Source: an uncultured Methanosarcinales archaeon (GTDB taxonomy: Archaea > Halobacteriota > Methanosarcinia > Methanotrichales > Methanotrichaceae). Taken from it: a stretch of DNA of 34,159 bases. The notes beneath the pieces were generated by a model. That model saw nothing but the letters and a program-made list of their open reading frames with translations. It was not told where the DNA came from and did not search any database. Numbering within the stretch: position 1 is the first letter of the stretch; every line of letters starts with the position of its first letter. The stretch spans positions 1 to 34,159 of the forward strand of contig CAWJKV010000001.1 of NCBI GenBank assembly GCA_963843555.1, read 5' to 3'. The translations under genes were made by a program, and so were the position numbers. Below, piece after piece: positions 19,978-31,767 of this stretch.

Positions 19978-20283
19978 TCAACCCCTTATTAATATTCTTA
20001 AACTGTTCGCCAGCCTCTCTTTTTTCGCCGCTAAAAGTTCCTCAGTGCTCATTGGACACTTTACCAGATCGATGAACTCCTTTGTAGTGAGGCCAAGCTC
20101 CTTTGCCATAGCGTTTAGCAAAGGTGCACCGACATCCTGGTTCTTCCCGTGGCTAAGAAAAGTGGCCGCCTCTTTCTTCCCATTGACGTAAAGGATAAAA
20201 TATCTATGATCAGTGTGACTGCGGCAGAAGCCCTTTCTTCCTAGGCCCGCCTCGATCTCATCCTGACTTAGCGCTGAGACCAT
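19978..20283 (-). CDS. HicA-like toxin candidate (copy B, 101 aa)
   Basis: MVSALSQDEIEAGLGRKGFCRSHTDHRYF...SHGK...LLNAMAKELGL. The start overlaps the upstream stop (TGATG). Confidence 0.7.
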   Translation of the reverse strand: MVSALSQDEIEAGLGRKGFCRSHTDHRYFILYVNGKKEAATFLSHGKNQDVGAPLLNAMAKELGLTTKEFIDLVKCPMSTEELLAAKKERLANSLRILIRG

Positions 20284-20594
20284 CAGTTCACCGTAAACAA
20301 TTCTAAAAGCAAATCTTTGAGCATTCTCCCAGTCTCGCCCAGTTCCTCTTCCGGGCACAGAACATACTCAGTCCATAGGAAGTCGATGTATTCAAATAGC
20401 CTTTGTTTGGCTTCTCGAAAATCCGGAGAGCTTCCTACTGCATCCAGGGGTGACAAACTGACAGACCACAAGCCATCATCATAATCCACTTGCAGGTTGG
20501 TAACCCTAAGAGGAACGAACTTCCTGACGCCTACCTCGAATTCCCGCAGAGGATGCCTTTCCAGAAATTCTATTGTTGACGATTGAGAAGCCAT
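20283..20594 (-). CDS. HicB-like antitoxin candidate (copy B, 103 aa)
   Basis: Intact acidic ORF translationally coupled to the HicA-like gene. Confidence 0.6.
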   Translation of the reverse strand: MASQSSTIEFLERHPLREFEVGVRKFVPLRVTNLQVDYDDGLWSVSLSPLDAVGSSPDFREAKQRLFEYIDFLWTEYVLCPEEELGETGRMLKDLLLELFTVN

Positions 20595-20679
20595 TATTTC
20601 CTAATCCGCTTGCACCATATTTTAATTTTCCGCAAGATTCTCAGTTGAGAGTGAAGATGAGTGAACTGAAAATGCCACA

Positions 20680-21371
20680 TCACCTTCTTCCGATTATCTC
20701 CACCCCGCCCGCCCTCGCCAGATACAGCTCGTCCAGGTTGTCGAATATGCCGTGCTCCACCAGCCCAGGGATGGGGCAGAGCTTGGCCGCCAGTGCCTTT
20801 GGATCAACGATTGTCCCGAAGTCCACATCCATCACGAAGTTGCCGTTGTCCGTGATCACCGGCCCGTCCTTCATCTTGCCCAGTCGCAGCACCGGCTTTC
20901 CGCCCAGCTCTCGCAGCCGCTGCTCCACCAGCTTGGCAGCGAAGGGCAGCACCTCCACCGGCACGGGCCAGTTCAGCCGCTCGACGTATTTGGACTCATC
21001 AGCGACGATCACGAACCTGCGTGCGGAGCAGGCCACCACCTTCTCGCGGGTGTGCGCCGCCCCGCCGCCCTTGATTACCAGCAGGTCTGATCCACCTGGT
21101 CGGCTCCGTCGATGGCCAGGTCCAGGAGAGGATGCTGGTTCAGGGTGGTGAGCTTTATTCCTGACTCGATGGCCAGGTCCTCGGCCTGATAGGAGGTGGG
21201 AACGCCATAGAAGTCCAGCCCCTCCTCCTTGACTCTCTCGCCCAGCCGCTTGATGGTCCAGGCCACGGTGGAGCCCGTGCCCAGGCCGACCACCATGCCG
21301 TTCTTGACCAGGTCGGCTGCCGACTCGCCCGCTGCCTTTTTGGCGTTGGCATTTGAAGATGCCTCTTTCAT
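20680..21371 (-). CDS. rpiA: Ribose-5-phosphate isomerase A (copy B), frameshift near 21088
   Basis: ORFs 21075..21371 and 20680..21390 together give a full RpiA. Confidence 0.92.
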
Positions 21372-22992
21372 AAATCTCTCTGCTCAACAATCTGGCTCCT
21401 CACAGTGGTGAACACCGGTCCGCGCAGGTCCATCTTGTGCTTGTAGCTGGTGATGTACCTCTCCAGGGCTGGATGGATCTTGATGTTTATGTCTCCCGGG
21501 CTGCGCACGATCCGGGCTCGCGTCTCCGACTCCTTTCCCGCCATCGCTGCCACCTCGATCTCGTAGGCGGCCAGTTCGGCAAAGGCATCGATGTATCTTA
21601 TGCCGGTGGTCACGCCCTCGCTGAAGGCCTCCTCCCAGCGGGAGGTGCGGGGAATGCCCATGATATTCTGCTTGTGCACCACGATCTCATTCATCGCAGC
21701 CGGCCCGCAGAGCTTGGTGTTCTCCTCGGGCTCGACTACCGAAACCTTAACCCTTCGCCCGTAGAGCTCGCCCTCCCAGGCCAGGAACTCGCAGGGCGAG
21801 ACGGTGTCGCCGTGCTCGATGCAGGTCTGGACCATGGCCTCGGCCATGGCCTGCCCTCGGCGTGCTGGGAATCTTGTCCACCAGGATCATCTGCGCCATC
21901 TCCCGTGCCGACAAGTCCCAATCGGTCTGGAACTGGGGATAAGAGAGGGCTCGCACATCCTGGGAGTTGTGCAGTATCATGGCTATGCGCTCTACTCCCA
22001 GACCCAGATTCATGACAGGATAGGGAATATCGTACTGGGATAGGGCGGTAGGCGAATAGATGCCGAAGGTTGCCACCTCCACCCAGCCGGTCTTGTACTT
22101 GGTGGCTGAGCCGACCAGACCCGGGTGGTAGGCAAAGACCTCGATCTGCGTTCCCGGCATGTAGTACTTGCTCCTCTTCTCGTCCGGCCGGAACTGAAAC
22201 TTCTGGAAGCCGAACTGGCTGAGCAGCCCGTCGGCCACTGGCTTTTCCGTCCTCCACGGAGACATCCTCATCCATTATCACGCAGCTTGCGGAGTGGTAG
22301 CTCATCAGCCGGGCGGCATCCTCGGCCTGCTCCCTGCGGAAGCAGCGATCAATGGAGAATAGCTTGATGGGCAGCTTCTGGCGGAAATGAAGATTGGAGA
22401 GCGAGATGAACCATCCCGAGGTCATGTGGCTGCGCAGAGTGCGCGTCGTGGCCTCTGCCTTCAAGCCCTTGAACTCCGGGAAGACCTCCTCCAGGACCGT
22501 GCTGATCAGGGCGTCGTGGGCTTTTAGGGCCGTGGCAATCTCCTGCACCAGGTCATCTCCCTCCACCTTGCCTTTTTTGTAGCAATGCAGAATCTGGCGG
22601 AAGGCTTCTACCTCATCTGCCGAAAGCTCGCGGCCCAAAAGATAGTTTATCTGGGCAATCCTCTCATCCGACATGCCAATGTCCGGACGCGGCAGCCCCG
22701 CCAGATAAAAGCACCTGTCCAGCACGGCCAGCGCCTCCGAGCCGAACTGGCGGTAAACGTCCTGGGCATCGACCATCACCGGGTTCATGGCCTCAGAGAA
22801 ACCCAGACGAAGGTAGGCCTCCCGGAGCCTTTGAATGGTATCGAAGATGGGATGAGCGGTCCCGAAAGAATAGCTATTTCTGGGATATCTCTCATTTAAG
22901 GAAGGCTTGCCAAGATACTCTCTCCCCTGCTGCCAGGTCTAGTCGAAATCCTCCCGGGCGGCCTCTTTGATCTGGTTAGGATCAAATTTCAT
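21368..22992 (-). CDS. sepS: O-phosphoseryl-tRNA synthetase (copy B), in-frame TAG at codon 18, frameshifts near 22240 and 21855
   Basis: Three ORF pieces are collinear with copy A. Confidence 0.92.
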
Positions 22993-23017
22993 GATTTAAA
23001 ACTCCAAGATTTGAGCT

Positions 23018-23647
23018 TTAAGCTTTTTTGATTCATGGAAACGCATAGCGAGGCTTCAACCCTGGCAAGCTCCAGGGCATTGGTGAGGTCGCCTCTCGTC
23101 TTCTCCAGCATCGATCTGGCCAGGTCGCTCTTGCGGCGCAGGCCTCGAGTGATGGCGTCCGGATAATCGAAGAGCATCAGCAGATAGTAAATCTCCTCTA
23201 TCACTCCCAGGAAATACTCGCCCTCGCTCGCCTTTCCTCTTCGTATCAGGTCCAGAATATGACGGCGAAGCTCTCCGGTGGTGTCCCCAAGGCCGCCCAG
23301 ATAGTTCACCAGCTCCACTCCCACCTCATCGGGCGTGAGGATCTCATGTCTGGTGATGATGGAGTGGACGATTTGGCTTCGGCATACTCCTGCTCAGCTC
23401 CGTCCACAAATCCGGCATGGCGAACATCCTGGTGATCCGACAGGATCTCCCGGATCTTCTTCAGGCCCAGAGCCGCCTGGTCCATGAGCCTCTCTGCTGT
23501 TGGAGGTCGCTTTCGGTGCATGGATCTGATCGATGAAGAACAAAGACGTATCACCTCCCGGCAGAGGCGCAGGGCCTCTTCTCGGGCCTGGTCTTTGGAT
23601 TCAAAGCTGGCGAGCATGCTCTCGGACAGGTTCTCAAAGCTGGACAT
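23018..23647 (-). CDS. Translin/TRAX-family protein (copy B), several indels
   Basis: ORFs 23306..23647 and 22989..23324 match copy A. Confidence 0.82.
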
Positions 23648-23676
23648 AGTAGTAGTTCATTCTCCTACGGAATTAC

Positions 23677-24449
23677 TCATTCTCGATTCATCAAGTTCTT
23701 GAGGCGCATTACAGACCTCTGGCCCTCTTCCAGGGAACGGGACTCAGTAACCATGCGCCCTTTATAATCCTTTAGGGCGGAAGCCACCTTCGACCAGGGA
23801 ACGGTTCCGATGCCCACAGGCAGGTGCTCGTCTCTTTCGCCGTGGTTGTCATGAATATGAGCGTGAATGACCATTATCTTTTAGCTTCAGGAAGTCCTCC
23901 ACGTTGCCATTGGTGTTGGCATGGCCAACGTCGAGAATAAAGCCCGCATTCTCCCGGTCCACAGTCTCCAGTATTCCCACAATCTCCTCCGGCCTTCTGC
24001 CCAGCAACGCAGGCATGTTCACCATGTTCTCCACGGCGATCCTCATGTCCAGCTCCGCGGCATGATCGCAGATCTGCTGCAGCCCGAGTATGTTCTGGGT
24101 CCAGGCAGCATCAGGCATCTGCATTCCCAGGGGGGAGAGGTGGCCGGGATGAACGACGGCCAGACGGGAAAACTCACACGCCAGGTCCAGACAGCTCTTC
24201 ATCTGCCTCACCGTCTCTTCCCAGATGGGCTGGTTCATGGATGCCAGGTTCAGGTCGGAGTAGGGCAGGTGAATGGTAATGACCAGATTGGTGGTCTCGA
24301 CGATCTGCATGGCCTCGGCCCGGTTCTCAGCGCGTTAGCTTCTGCTGTCCCTCGTTCACGATCTCCCAGCCGCTGTAGCCCAGGTCTTCCAGTTGATACG
24401 CCCAGTCAAAGGGCCTGTCCACGAGCTTGCTGGAGGAGAAGCTAAACAT
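23677..24449 (-). CDS. Sugar-phosphate isomerase/epimerase TIM-barrel protein (copy B), frameshifted
   Basis: ORFs 23849..24310 and 23677..23874 plus the 5' segment match copy A. Confidence 0.85.
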
Positions 24450-24880
24450 CCTGCCCCTCCGTTCCGATCTATCTGATCAAACGACTATTTCTATGATCGG
24501 CATTCCATTTACCGTATCGGGTGCCAGCCAATCGATAAGCCGTTCGCTCCCGTTATCTGGACATGCAAAGAGCCCAGTGGCTCTTCCACTGGCGGAAAGC
24601 TCACCATGCCCATCAGGGCCGCCTGCTTGTTCAGCTGGAACTGGAACGAATCGCCCGACCGGCCACGCAGCATGACAGATCGAGCCGAGTCCAGAATTTC
24701 CTGCTTCCTCAAAAGCTCGTGAAAGATTTTCAGGGCAGCAGGCCCGCCATAGGCCTCTACCCTGTCATCCCGAATGTCCATAATCATTTCGGGAAAGAGC
24801 TTCTCAATGGCGGAGACGACCCTCTCCACGCGCTCTGTCGGCCTGATGGATGAGTGGACAGAGACCTCGATCGTTCTCAT
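24442..24880 (-). CDS. UPF0201/DUF54 protein (copy B), frameshift near 24545
   Basis: ORF 24509..24880 is homologous to copy A. Confidence 0.82.
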
Positions 24881-24885
24881 CGCCC

Positions 24886-26127
24886 CTAGAGGTGGCTGGT
24901 CTTGTATCTGAGGATGGCGGCCACTCCGCCGAAGGCCTTGTAAAGCTGTGCCCCTTCCTCAAACTCGGTGGAGATGATCTTGACCGCGCTCCGCTTGAGT
25001 CTGCCAGCCCGGACAGATCAGATACGATATCCGTCTCCTCCGCAATGGATAGGGGGCTTCCGCACTTCAGGCAGTTACCTAAAGGCGCTGCGGCGCCGGC
25101 AGCGGGTCTGGCTATCGGAGAAGTCGCAGCTTCGATTGGTGCAGACGATCTTGGCCCTGGTCTTGCGCAGATCTTCGGAGAGGAGAAGGACCTCGACGGA
25201 GCCAAGCTCCAGGTTGTGGCGAACCTCCTTTTCGCCGTAGGCAGCCAGGCCGTGGTCGCTGACCAGCTCCTTCATGAAGCGGCGCATCACCAGTTTGTCC
25301 TGGGTCAGTTCCAGGTCCAGGAGTTGGTCTTGAGCGGCATCCACCAGCTCATACAGCCCCGATTCATCGGTATAGGAGACATCGAGAGCACCCAATACCT
25401 TGCGCTGCAGCTCATGGTGCAAGAATCCGCCATCTATGAACTCTTCTTTGGTGGGAGATGGCCCGCCTACCAGGATGCCCTGCAGGTCCTTGGGGTCTAT
25501 GGGGAGAAAGGCATCATTGGCGGACTCCCCGATCCTTCCATAAAAGTCGTGGATGGCGATCAAGCGCAGTTGCTGGAAGCGGTGGCTGGACTGCCCGCCC
25601 TTCCTCTGTTTGCCAGGCACGGTAGAGGTGAGGTGCTTTAGGGGTTCGATGTATTTGCCTCTTAGAACACCGATGGCCGCCTCGCGCCTGTCCAGGACTA
25701 TGAGCCCGAAGGTCTTCTTGTCGGCCAGCATCTCCTCCAGCGGCTGGAGCAGAAAAGAGGAATCGCAGTGATACCGGTAAGTCACAATCGGATCCGGCGG
25801 CTCCAGGGCGACGCTGTACATCTCGGTCTTGTTGGCACCTGCATCCACGCTGCCGATGAAGATGACCACGCCGTTTGCGGGTGGCTTGGGGATCAATTTG
25901 AGCCGGGACATGGCCGACTCAAGAGAGCCCTGCACGCTGAGCCGGGTGACCCTGGATTTGATGTTGGATGCCTGTCCGTACTCCTCGCGAAGCTGGGCAG
26001 TGACATCCGAGATCTGTTTGTCGGGAGGAATGTAGAGGGAAATTAGCTCCGTTCCTCTGCCTGTCTTGGTCCGAAGGCCGTCAAGAAGACGTTTAAACTC
26101 ATATTTTTCCTGCGCAGTGAACTCCAT
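24886..26127 (-). CDS. prf1: Peptide chain release factor aRF1 (copy B), offsetting indels near 25100 and 24990
   Basis: NIKS, YRYHCD and GGQS motifs. Same total length (1242 nt) as copy A. Confidence 0.94.
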
Positions 26128-26373
26128 TCTGGCGAATCTCCCAAAAAATGCTCCGGGCCATGATATAAAAGGCTTCTTCAAGATGATTTCAGATGATTAT
26201 GCCTCTGGGTTGGACCTATTTGTGATGAATGGGGTCGATCCCAACAGGCAAACTATTATTACTATCTCAATTTTCTTTTTGAATATCGACTGTATAATCT
26301 CATGTAAGGCTAATTTTCTAAGTAAACGGTAATAGTAAATCCGACAATAGAAATCTCAAAATTTGACCTATTC

Positions 26374-26405
26374 AAAAACTATATAAAGATATAAGTTATC
26401 TTATA
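26374..26405 (+). promoter_or_regulatory. Putative BRE/TATA promoter plus palindromic site for TPR gene (copy B)
   Basis: aaaaacTATATAAA (TATA 26380-26387), then TATAAG-ttat-CTTATA 26390-26405, ATG at 26410. Confidence 0.6.
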
Positions 26406-26409
26406 ATCC

Positions 26410-28767
26410 ATGGATCAATTAGTCGTTCTCCAGGAGATTTATGAATCATTTTCCAAAGGAGGGGATGGTCTCCAGGAAATCAATAGCAAGGCCATCGAAG
26501 GAAGCTGTCCCGAACTGATCAGTAAATTGCTGGAAGGCGCCCAGAAGGCGAGGATTGACGAAGACATCTGCCGCAAGCTTTCGGGCAGCCTCCAGGATAT
26601 CTACGAGATCAAGCGACTGGGCGACATCTGTCGCAGGGCTGGCATGCATAGCCTCGCCATAAATAGCTACAACAGGGCGCTGTCTCTATGCCGCGATCAG
26701 ATCCTCCGGCCGGTACTGCAGAACAACCTGGGACAGGCCTATGCCCGTCAGGGAGATCTGGCGAGAGCCGCCTTCTACTACCAGAAATCTGCCAGCAGTT
26801 TTGCGAAATCGGGAGACAGTACAGGCCTTGCCCATGTGCTGGGAAATTTGGGCTCAGCCTACCGGCGCAACGGGGACTGGGAAAAAGCCATAGAGCACTG
26901 CTATCGCAGCTTGAAGACCTTCGAGGAGAAGAGAGACGATCTCGGCATTGCCCAGATGACGGGAAGCCTGGGGAGGATATATGCGGATATGGGTGAGAGA
27001 GAGCTGGCCGCGCGATATTTCGAGAGAAGCCTGACCGACTTTCAGAGGCTGGGGGATAAGAGGAGCGCGGCATGGGTCCTGGACAGGATGGGAAGGATCG
27101 CTGGTGAGGCGCTGGACTGGGACAGGGCTCAGGGCTACTTTAATCAGAGTCTCTCCCTATTCGAGCAGCAAGGCCAAAGCCAGAGCCAGGGAATTGTTCT
27201 CTCCAACCTGGGACGCATGTATCTGGAGATGGGTGAAGCAACCGCGGCTCGCGAATCCCTGGAGAAGGCCATACTTCTGATCAGGCGCAATATGCAGCCC
27301 AACTATCCGAATGCTCTCTCCTGCCTGGCCGCGACCTACAGCACGATTGCAAGAAATTGTCTGAATGAGGCAGAGGCCATTGAAGAACTGGGCCGCGGAT
27401 CGAGCCAATCGCAACGTTTGGAGGCCTCCAGACAATTTGCCCGATCCTCAGATCGTTTCCTGGAGCTGGCATCAATCCTTCCCCATGTTCAGCCTGAGAT
27501 CAAAGTTGCCGCAGGAATAGCCAAAAGCCGATCCTACCTGGCCAAGCTCTCCGGCCAGGTCTCTGATGAGGAGGCAGTATCCCTGGCCGAGAGGGCTATG
27601 GCATCTCTGGACACGGCAGCCGCAAATGCAACTGATTCGAAGAAAATCAAGATACAGGGTCTGCAGAAGACCATTGCCGGGATGAAGGAGGCCAGATCCA
27701 TAAAGCTTCTGGGAAGCGAGCCCTGGAGGCTGATCAAGGCCGTCGCCAATGCCAGCGAGCTGCTAATGGGCGGCGCTGAAGAGTGCTCATCCGGTGATAT
27801 CAACTGCTGCCTTTGCACGGGTCTCGGCAATTTTTGTGCCAGCATTGAGGCAGAAAGATCCAGAACGGACCCTGCAGAGAAACTCTATGCCGCCGCATCA
27901 AATTTCCGCAGCGCTGGAAAGCATTTCCTGGCTGCAGAAAAGGATCCAAAAGGGAGGTATTCTCGCAGGCTGAGCGAGGCGGCAGCGATCCTGGAAGCGC
28001 AGGCGAGCAAAGATAATGGAAATATGCAGGATGAGCTGCGCAACAATCAGCTCAGCTTTGGGCCGGAGAGAGATGCACTTCTAATTATTGCAGAGGTTAT
28101 GGCGGACAATTTGCTGGCGGAAATCGATGATGGCAGTGCAATATTCGCCTGGGATGAAGCCCTGAATCTTATGCCTGAAACTGGAAAACGCATTGGAGCC
28201 GAAAAAATCAAGATAGATGAGCTGGAGGTGGAGCCGAATCCGGAACCCATCAGCGAAACTGATCTTCCTAATCTCGAGATCTCTCCCGAGAGGTCTGTCG
28301 CTAGAGGCCTGATACTTGCCGATGGCACCCTTGAAGCCTCTGAGGTCTTTGTCTCGGAAATAATAAGTCCCGAGGAAGGCTGGCTTGTTCCTGTCAGTGC
28401 GAGCGTGCCCTGCCGGAGTTATGGCCAGGTCATTCTCTCTCCAAAGACTCAATCATTCCGTGGCGAGAGCCGGGCGCCAATAAGGTCGGAGATGGAGATA
28501 ATTGGGAGAGATGAAGGGCAGGTCGATGGACCAATTGCAGAGCCAGTTGAAGGGTTTGCCGATTATGGGAATGACACAGAGCCGCAAGAGATCAGGCTTG
28601 AGGGAGTAGGTCCTGTTGCTCGCGAGGCTGTCCCGGACCCGGAAGATTCGTCTTTGGACGCCAAGGAAGGTCTACTCAGCCGCTCGAAAGGTATACTTCT
28701 CCTTAAGGCTCTGACTGTCCTCGTCGTCTTGCTCCTGGCAATAGAGGTGATACTATATTTGATATAG
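26410..28767 (+). CDS. Large TPR-repeat protein with C-terminal hydrophobic helix (copy B)
   Basis: Intact 785-aa ORF homologous to copy A. Confidence 0.88.
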   Translation: MDQLVVLQEIYESFSKGGDGLQEINSKAIEGSCPELISKLLEGAQKARIDEDICRKLSGSLQDIYEIKRLGDICRRAGMHSLAINSYNRALSLCRDQILRPVLQNNLGQAYARQGDLARAAFYYQKSASSFAKSGDSTGLAHVLGNLGSAYRRNGDWEKAIEHCYRSLKTFEEKRDDLGIAQMTGSLGRIYADMGERELAARYFERSLTDFQRLGDKRSAAWVLDRMGRIAGEALDWDRAQGYFNQSLSLFEQQGQSQSQGIVLSNLGRMYLEMGEATAARESLEKAILLIRRNMQPNYPNALSCLAATYSTIARNCLNEAEAIEELGRGSSQSQRLEASRQFARSSDRFLELASILPHVQPEIKVAAGIAKSRSYLAKLSGQVSDEEAVSLAERAMASLDTAAANATDSKKIKIQGLQKTIAGMKEARSIKLLGSEPWRLIKAVANASELLMGGAEECSSGDINCCLCTGLGNFCASIEAERSRTDPAEKLYAAASNFRSAGKHFLAAEKDPKGRYSRRLSEAAAILEAQASKDNGNMQDELRNNQLSFGPERDALLIIAEVMADNLLAEIDDGSAIFAWDEALNLMPETGKRIGAEKIKIDELEVEPNPEPISETDLPNLEISPERSVARGLILADGTLEASEVFVSEIISPEEGWLVPVSASVPCRSYGQVILSPKTQSFRGESRAPIRSEMEIIGRDEGQVDGPIAEPVEGFADYGNDTEPQEIRLEGVGPVAREAVPDPEDSSLDAKEGLLSRSKGILLLKALTVLVVLLLAIEVILYLI

Positions 28768-28793
28768 GCAGTGCGGCATGTCTGCCCTAAGGG

Positions 28794-29387
28794 ATGAAGA
28801 AAAAGCAGCTAGAGATTGCCCTGGAGCGATTGGAGGGTTTTTCTAATCCCTCTTTTCAGAGGGAGCAGTATGCCACGCCCGCCTCGGTCGCAGCGGAGAT
28901 GCTTTACCTGGCAGGTCTGCGCGGCGATTTAGGTACCGTATGCGACCTGGGCTGCGGGACAGGCGTATTGGCAGTGGGCGCGGCCCTCCTGGGTGCAACA
29001 AAGGCCGTTGGCGTGGAGATCGATGCCGGGGCTCTGGCCGTGGCCAGACGAAATGCAGAAAAGCTTGGTGTCGATGTGGACTTCATCCGCGCCGATGTGA
29101 ACTCAGTGAACCTCAAAGGCATCGATACCGTGATCATGAATCCGCCCTTTGGAGCCCAGAAGGCAAGCAGAGGCGACCGCGCCTTTCTCTCCAAAGCCCA
29201 AAAGATCGCCAGGACCATCTATTCACTGCATAACCTGGGTAGCCTAGGTTTCGTCAGCGGATTTGTAAAGCCCTGCGTCGTGCAGGAGGTCTATCGCATT
29301 CCCTTTCCCATGAAGAGGTGCTTTGAGTTTCATAGCCAGGATATCAAGATCATTGAGGTTGAGCTTTATAGAATAACATGCCAGTAG
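28794..29387 (+). CDS. METTL5/COG2263-like RNA methyltransferase (copy B)
   Basis: DLGCGTG and NPPF motifs, 197 aa (one codon longer than copy A). Confidence 0.88.
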   Translation: MKKKQLEIALERLEGFSNPSFQREQYATPASVAAEMLYLAGLRGDLGTVCDLGCGTGVLAVGAALLGATKAVGVEIDAGALAVARRNAEKLGVDVDFIRADVNSVNLKGIDTVIMNPPFGAQKASRGDRAFLSKAQKIARTIYSLHNLGSLGFVSGFVKPCVVQEVYRIPFPMKRCFEFHSQDIKIIEVELYRITCQ

Positions 29388-29486
29388 TCTTAGATATTAG
29401 TAGTTCTGGATGCTGACATTAGAAATCGGATATTAGAAATGATGCTGGTAGTAACACGCGCATATATTGGAATTATAGAGGAATAA

Positions 29487-30047
29487 ATGATGGACGGCAG
29501 CTTTGTGCTTCCTGGAGATGTGGTGGGATCGGCTGAGGAGTTCGTTCCCGGAGATTGCACCTACGCCAGGGGAGGAATGATTTTTGCAACTACAGCGGGA
29601 CTGGTTAAGGTCGATTCCAAGACCAGATCTGCCAGTGTTATACCCAAGACCAACGCCCCAGTCAAGCTCTGTCAGGGCGATATAGTAGTCGGCGAGGTAA
29701 TTGACCTTAAGGACAGTCTGGTCATAGTCTCTCTGGCCTTTAAGAAGGGCCATGAGGACCGGCCCATCTCAGACGAGGAGGCCACCATTCACATCTCCAA
29801 TGTGAGGAACTCCTATGTCAAGGATCTGCGCAACCTTTTCTCTCTGCGCGATATCCTCAAGGCCAGGATCATGGATGAGAGGCAGATGAGGCTCTCCACA
29901 GGCGATGACGATCTGGGCGTGATCAAGGCTTATTGCAGTCGGTGCCTTACCGGCCTGATGCGCAAAGACGGAAAACTGGTCTGTCCCAATTGCGGCAATA
30001 CCGAGACGCGCAAGACAAGCTCAGCATATGGATTGGGTGTGGTCTAG
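29487..30047 (+). CDS. csl4: Exosome protein Csl4 (copy B)
   Basis: 186 aa, 3 aa differences from copy A. Confidence 0.93.
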   Translation: MMDGSFVLPGDVVGSAEEFVPGDCTYARGGMIFATTAGLVKVDSKTRSASVIPKTNAPVKLCQGDIVVGEVIDLKDSLVIVSLAFKKGHEDRPISDEEATIHISNVRNSYVKDLRNLFSLRDILKARIMDERQMRLSTGDDDLGVIKAYCSRCLTGLMRKDGKLVCPNCGNTETRKTSSAYGLGVV

Positions 30048-30322
30048 TTGAATCTGAAAATTATCACTAAGACGGAGAACCAGGCCGTCATAGAGTTTGT
30101 GGGTGAAGGGCATACCATCCTGAACCTGCTCAGAACTGAGCTTTTGAATGACGAAAGGGTGCTGATGGCCACCTACGACACCAAGTTTCCGGTCATGGAT
30201 AACCCCGTCTTCAGGATCACGACTCAGGGGTTGATCCCATAGTTGTCCTGAAAGAGGCCACTCGCCGCATCATCGACCAGTGCGAGGAGTTCAGCAGCCA
30301 GTATGCGGAAGCTGTGCAGTAG
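30048..30322 (+). CDS. rpoL: RNA polymerase subunit L (copy B), 1-nt deletion near 30224
   Basis: GEGHTILNLLR motif. 275 nt versus 276 nt in copy A. Confidence 0.9.
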
Positions 30323-30657
30323 TTCCGCAATCCCAAATATTCTTTTTCCAGCAGCAGGTCTCTCCTGTGCCGACGCCGCGCCTCTTCCCGGAGGGTTGAA
30401 GCGACTGTCGTATCATCTCCACATTGCTAAGCTGCTGATCCTTTTCAAATTCCGCGCCTTGGAAAACTTAAAGAATATTGAATGCGATAAACAAATAACC
30501 TTATTTAATTATTGCTTTATATTTCTTGAATGTTCTAATATCTGCAAAGATTGACCCAAAGATGCGCATCCAATGGCTGGAATAAATTTAATACTTAATA
30601 ATAACAGATTAAGATAAGAGCCGGCAAAGCTGGAAAGAGATAGGGGGAAGTTTGGAT

Positions 30658-31738
30658 ATGGATATGAACGAATCCGTTATTGGCGACAGCAAATTAGAAC
30701 GAAAGGCGAACTTCAGGCCGTCTTCAAATAGGGTTTCTCTTTATTTCACCAATCAACGCCAGGTTATGGTGCAGGAGGAAGAATTGCCAAGAATGGGAGA
30801 TAATCAGGTGCTGGTCGAGACACTGCTATCTGCCATAAGTCCTGGGACTGAATCTCTGATTTATCGGGGGGAATTTCCGGGAAATATTTCTGTTGACGAA
30901 AATATCGTCTCCCTTTCGAAAGATTTCTCATATCCTATAAAATATGGCTATTCGGCAGCAGGGAGAGTTGTTGATATAGGAAAGTGATGTAGATTCCCAA
31001 TGGAAAGACCGTTTGGTCATGGCCTTCAATCCACACGAGAGCCATTTCATAGCCGACCCAAAGACACTAATGCTCTTTCCAGAGGACATAAAACCGGATG
31101 ATGGCGTATTCCTGCCCAATATGGAAACAGCGATCAATTTTCTAATGGATGGCAAGCCTCTGATCGGCGAGGATGTGGCAGTATTTGGCCAGGGTATTGT
31201 GGGTTTGCTGACAACTGGTCTCCTGGCTCGTATTCCACTGGCAAGCTTGATCGCATTGGATCGATTCCCAATGCGGCGACAAGTTTCCCGAGAAGTCGGT
31301 GCAAAGGTCTGCCTCGATCCGGAGGATGCTGACCTCCAGGAAAGACTGGCAGAATACTTGCCAAACGGCGCAGACCTTACTTATGAGGTCTCCGGATCTC
31401 CGGCCGCATTGGATCAGGCTCTAGCAGCCACAGGATTTGCAGGTCGGATAGTGATTGGATCATGGTATGGAAGCCAGCGTTCCAGCCTGAGCCTGGGCGG
31501 ACAGTTTCACCGCAGCAGGATCCGACTCATTAGCAGCCAGGTCAGCACCCTCGCCTCAGAATTTCAGGGTCGCTGGACAAAAGCACGCCGTCTAGGAGTT
31601 GCCTGGGAGATGATACGCCAATTGAAACCAAGTCGCTTCGTCACTCATCGTTTCCCAATTCGGGAAGCAGCAAAGGCCTACAATATCCTTGATCAGGAGG
31701 CTGGATCGGCAATCCAGATTTTGCTCACGTACCAATGA
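30658..31738 (+). CDS. Zn-dependent/MDR dehydrogenase (copy B), frameshift near 30985
   Basis: ORFs 30652..30987 and 31013..31738 match copy A. Confidence 0.87.
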
Positions 31739-31767
31739 GATGTGTATAATAAATTGAAGAGGGTGAG

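Noticed and set aside
24850..25641. 263-aa ORF and other long ORFs antisense to aRF1, sepS and rpiA
   Set aside because: They overlap well-identified genes on the opposite strand in GC-rich DNA and are not preserved at full length between the two arms.
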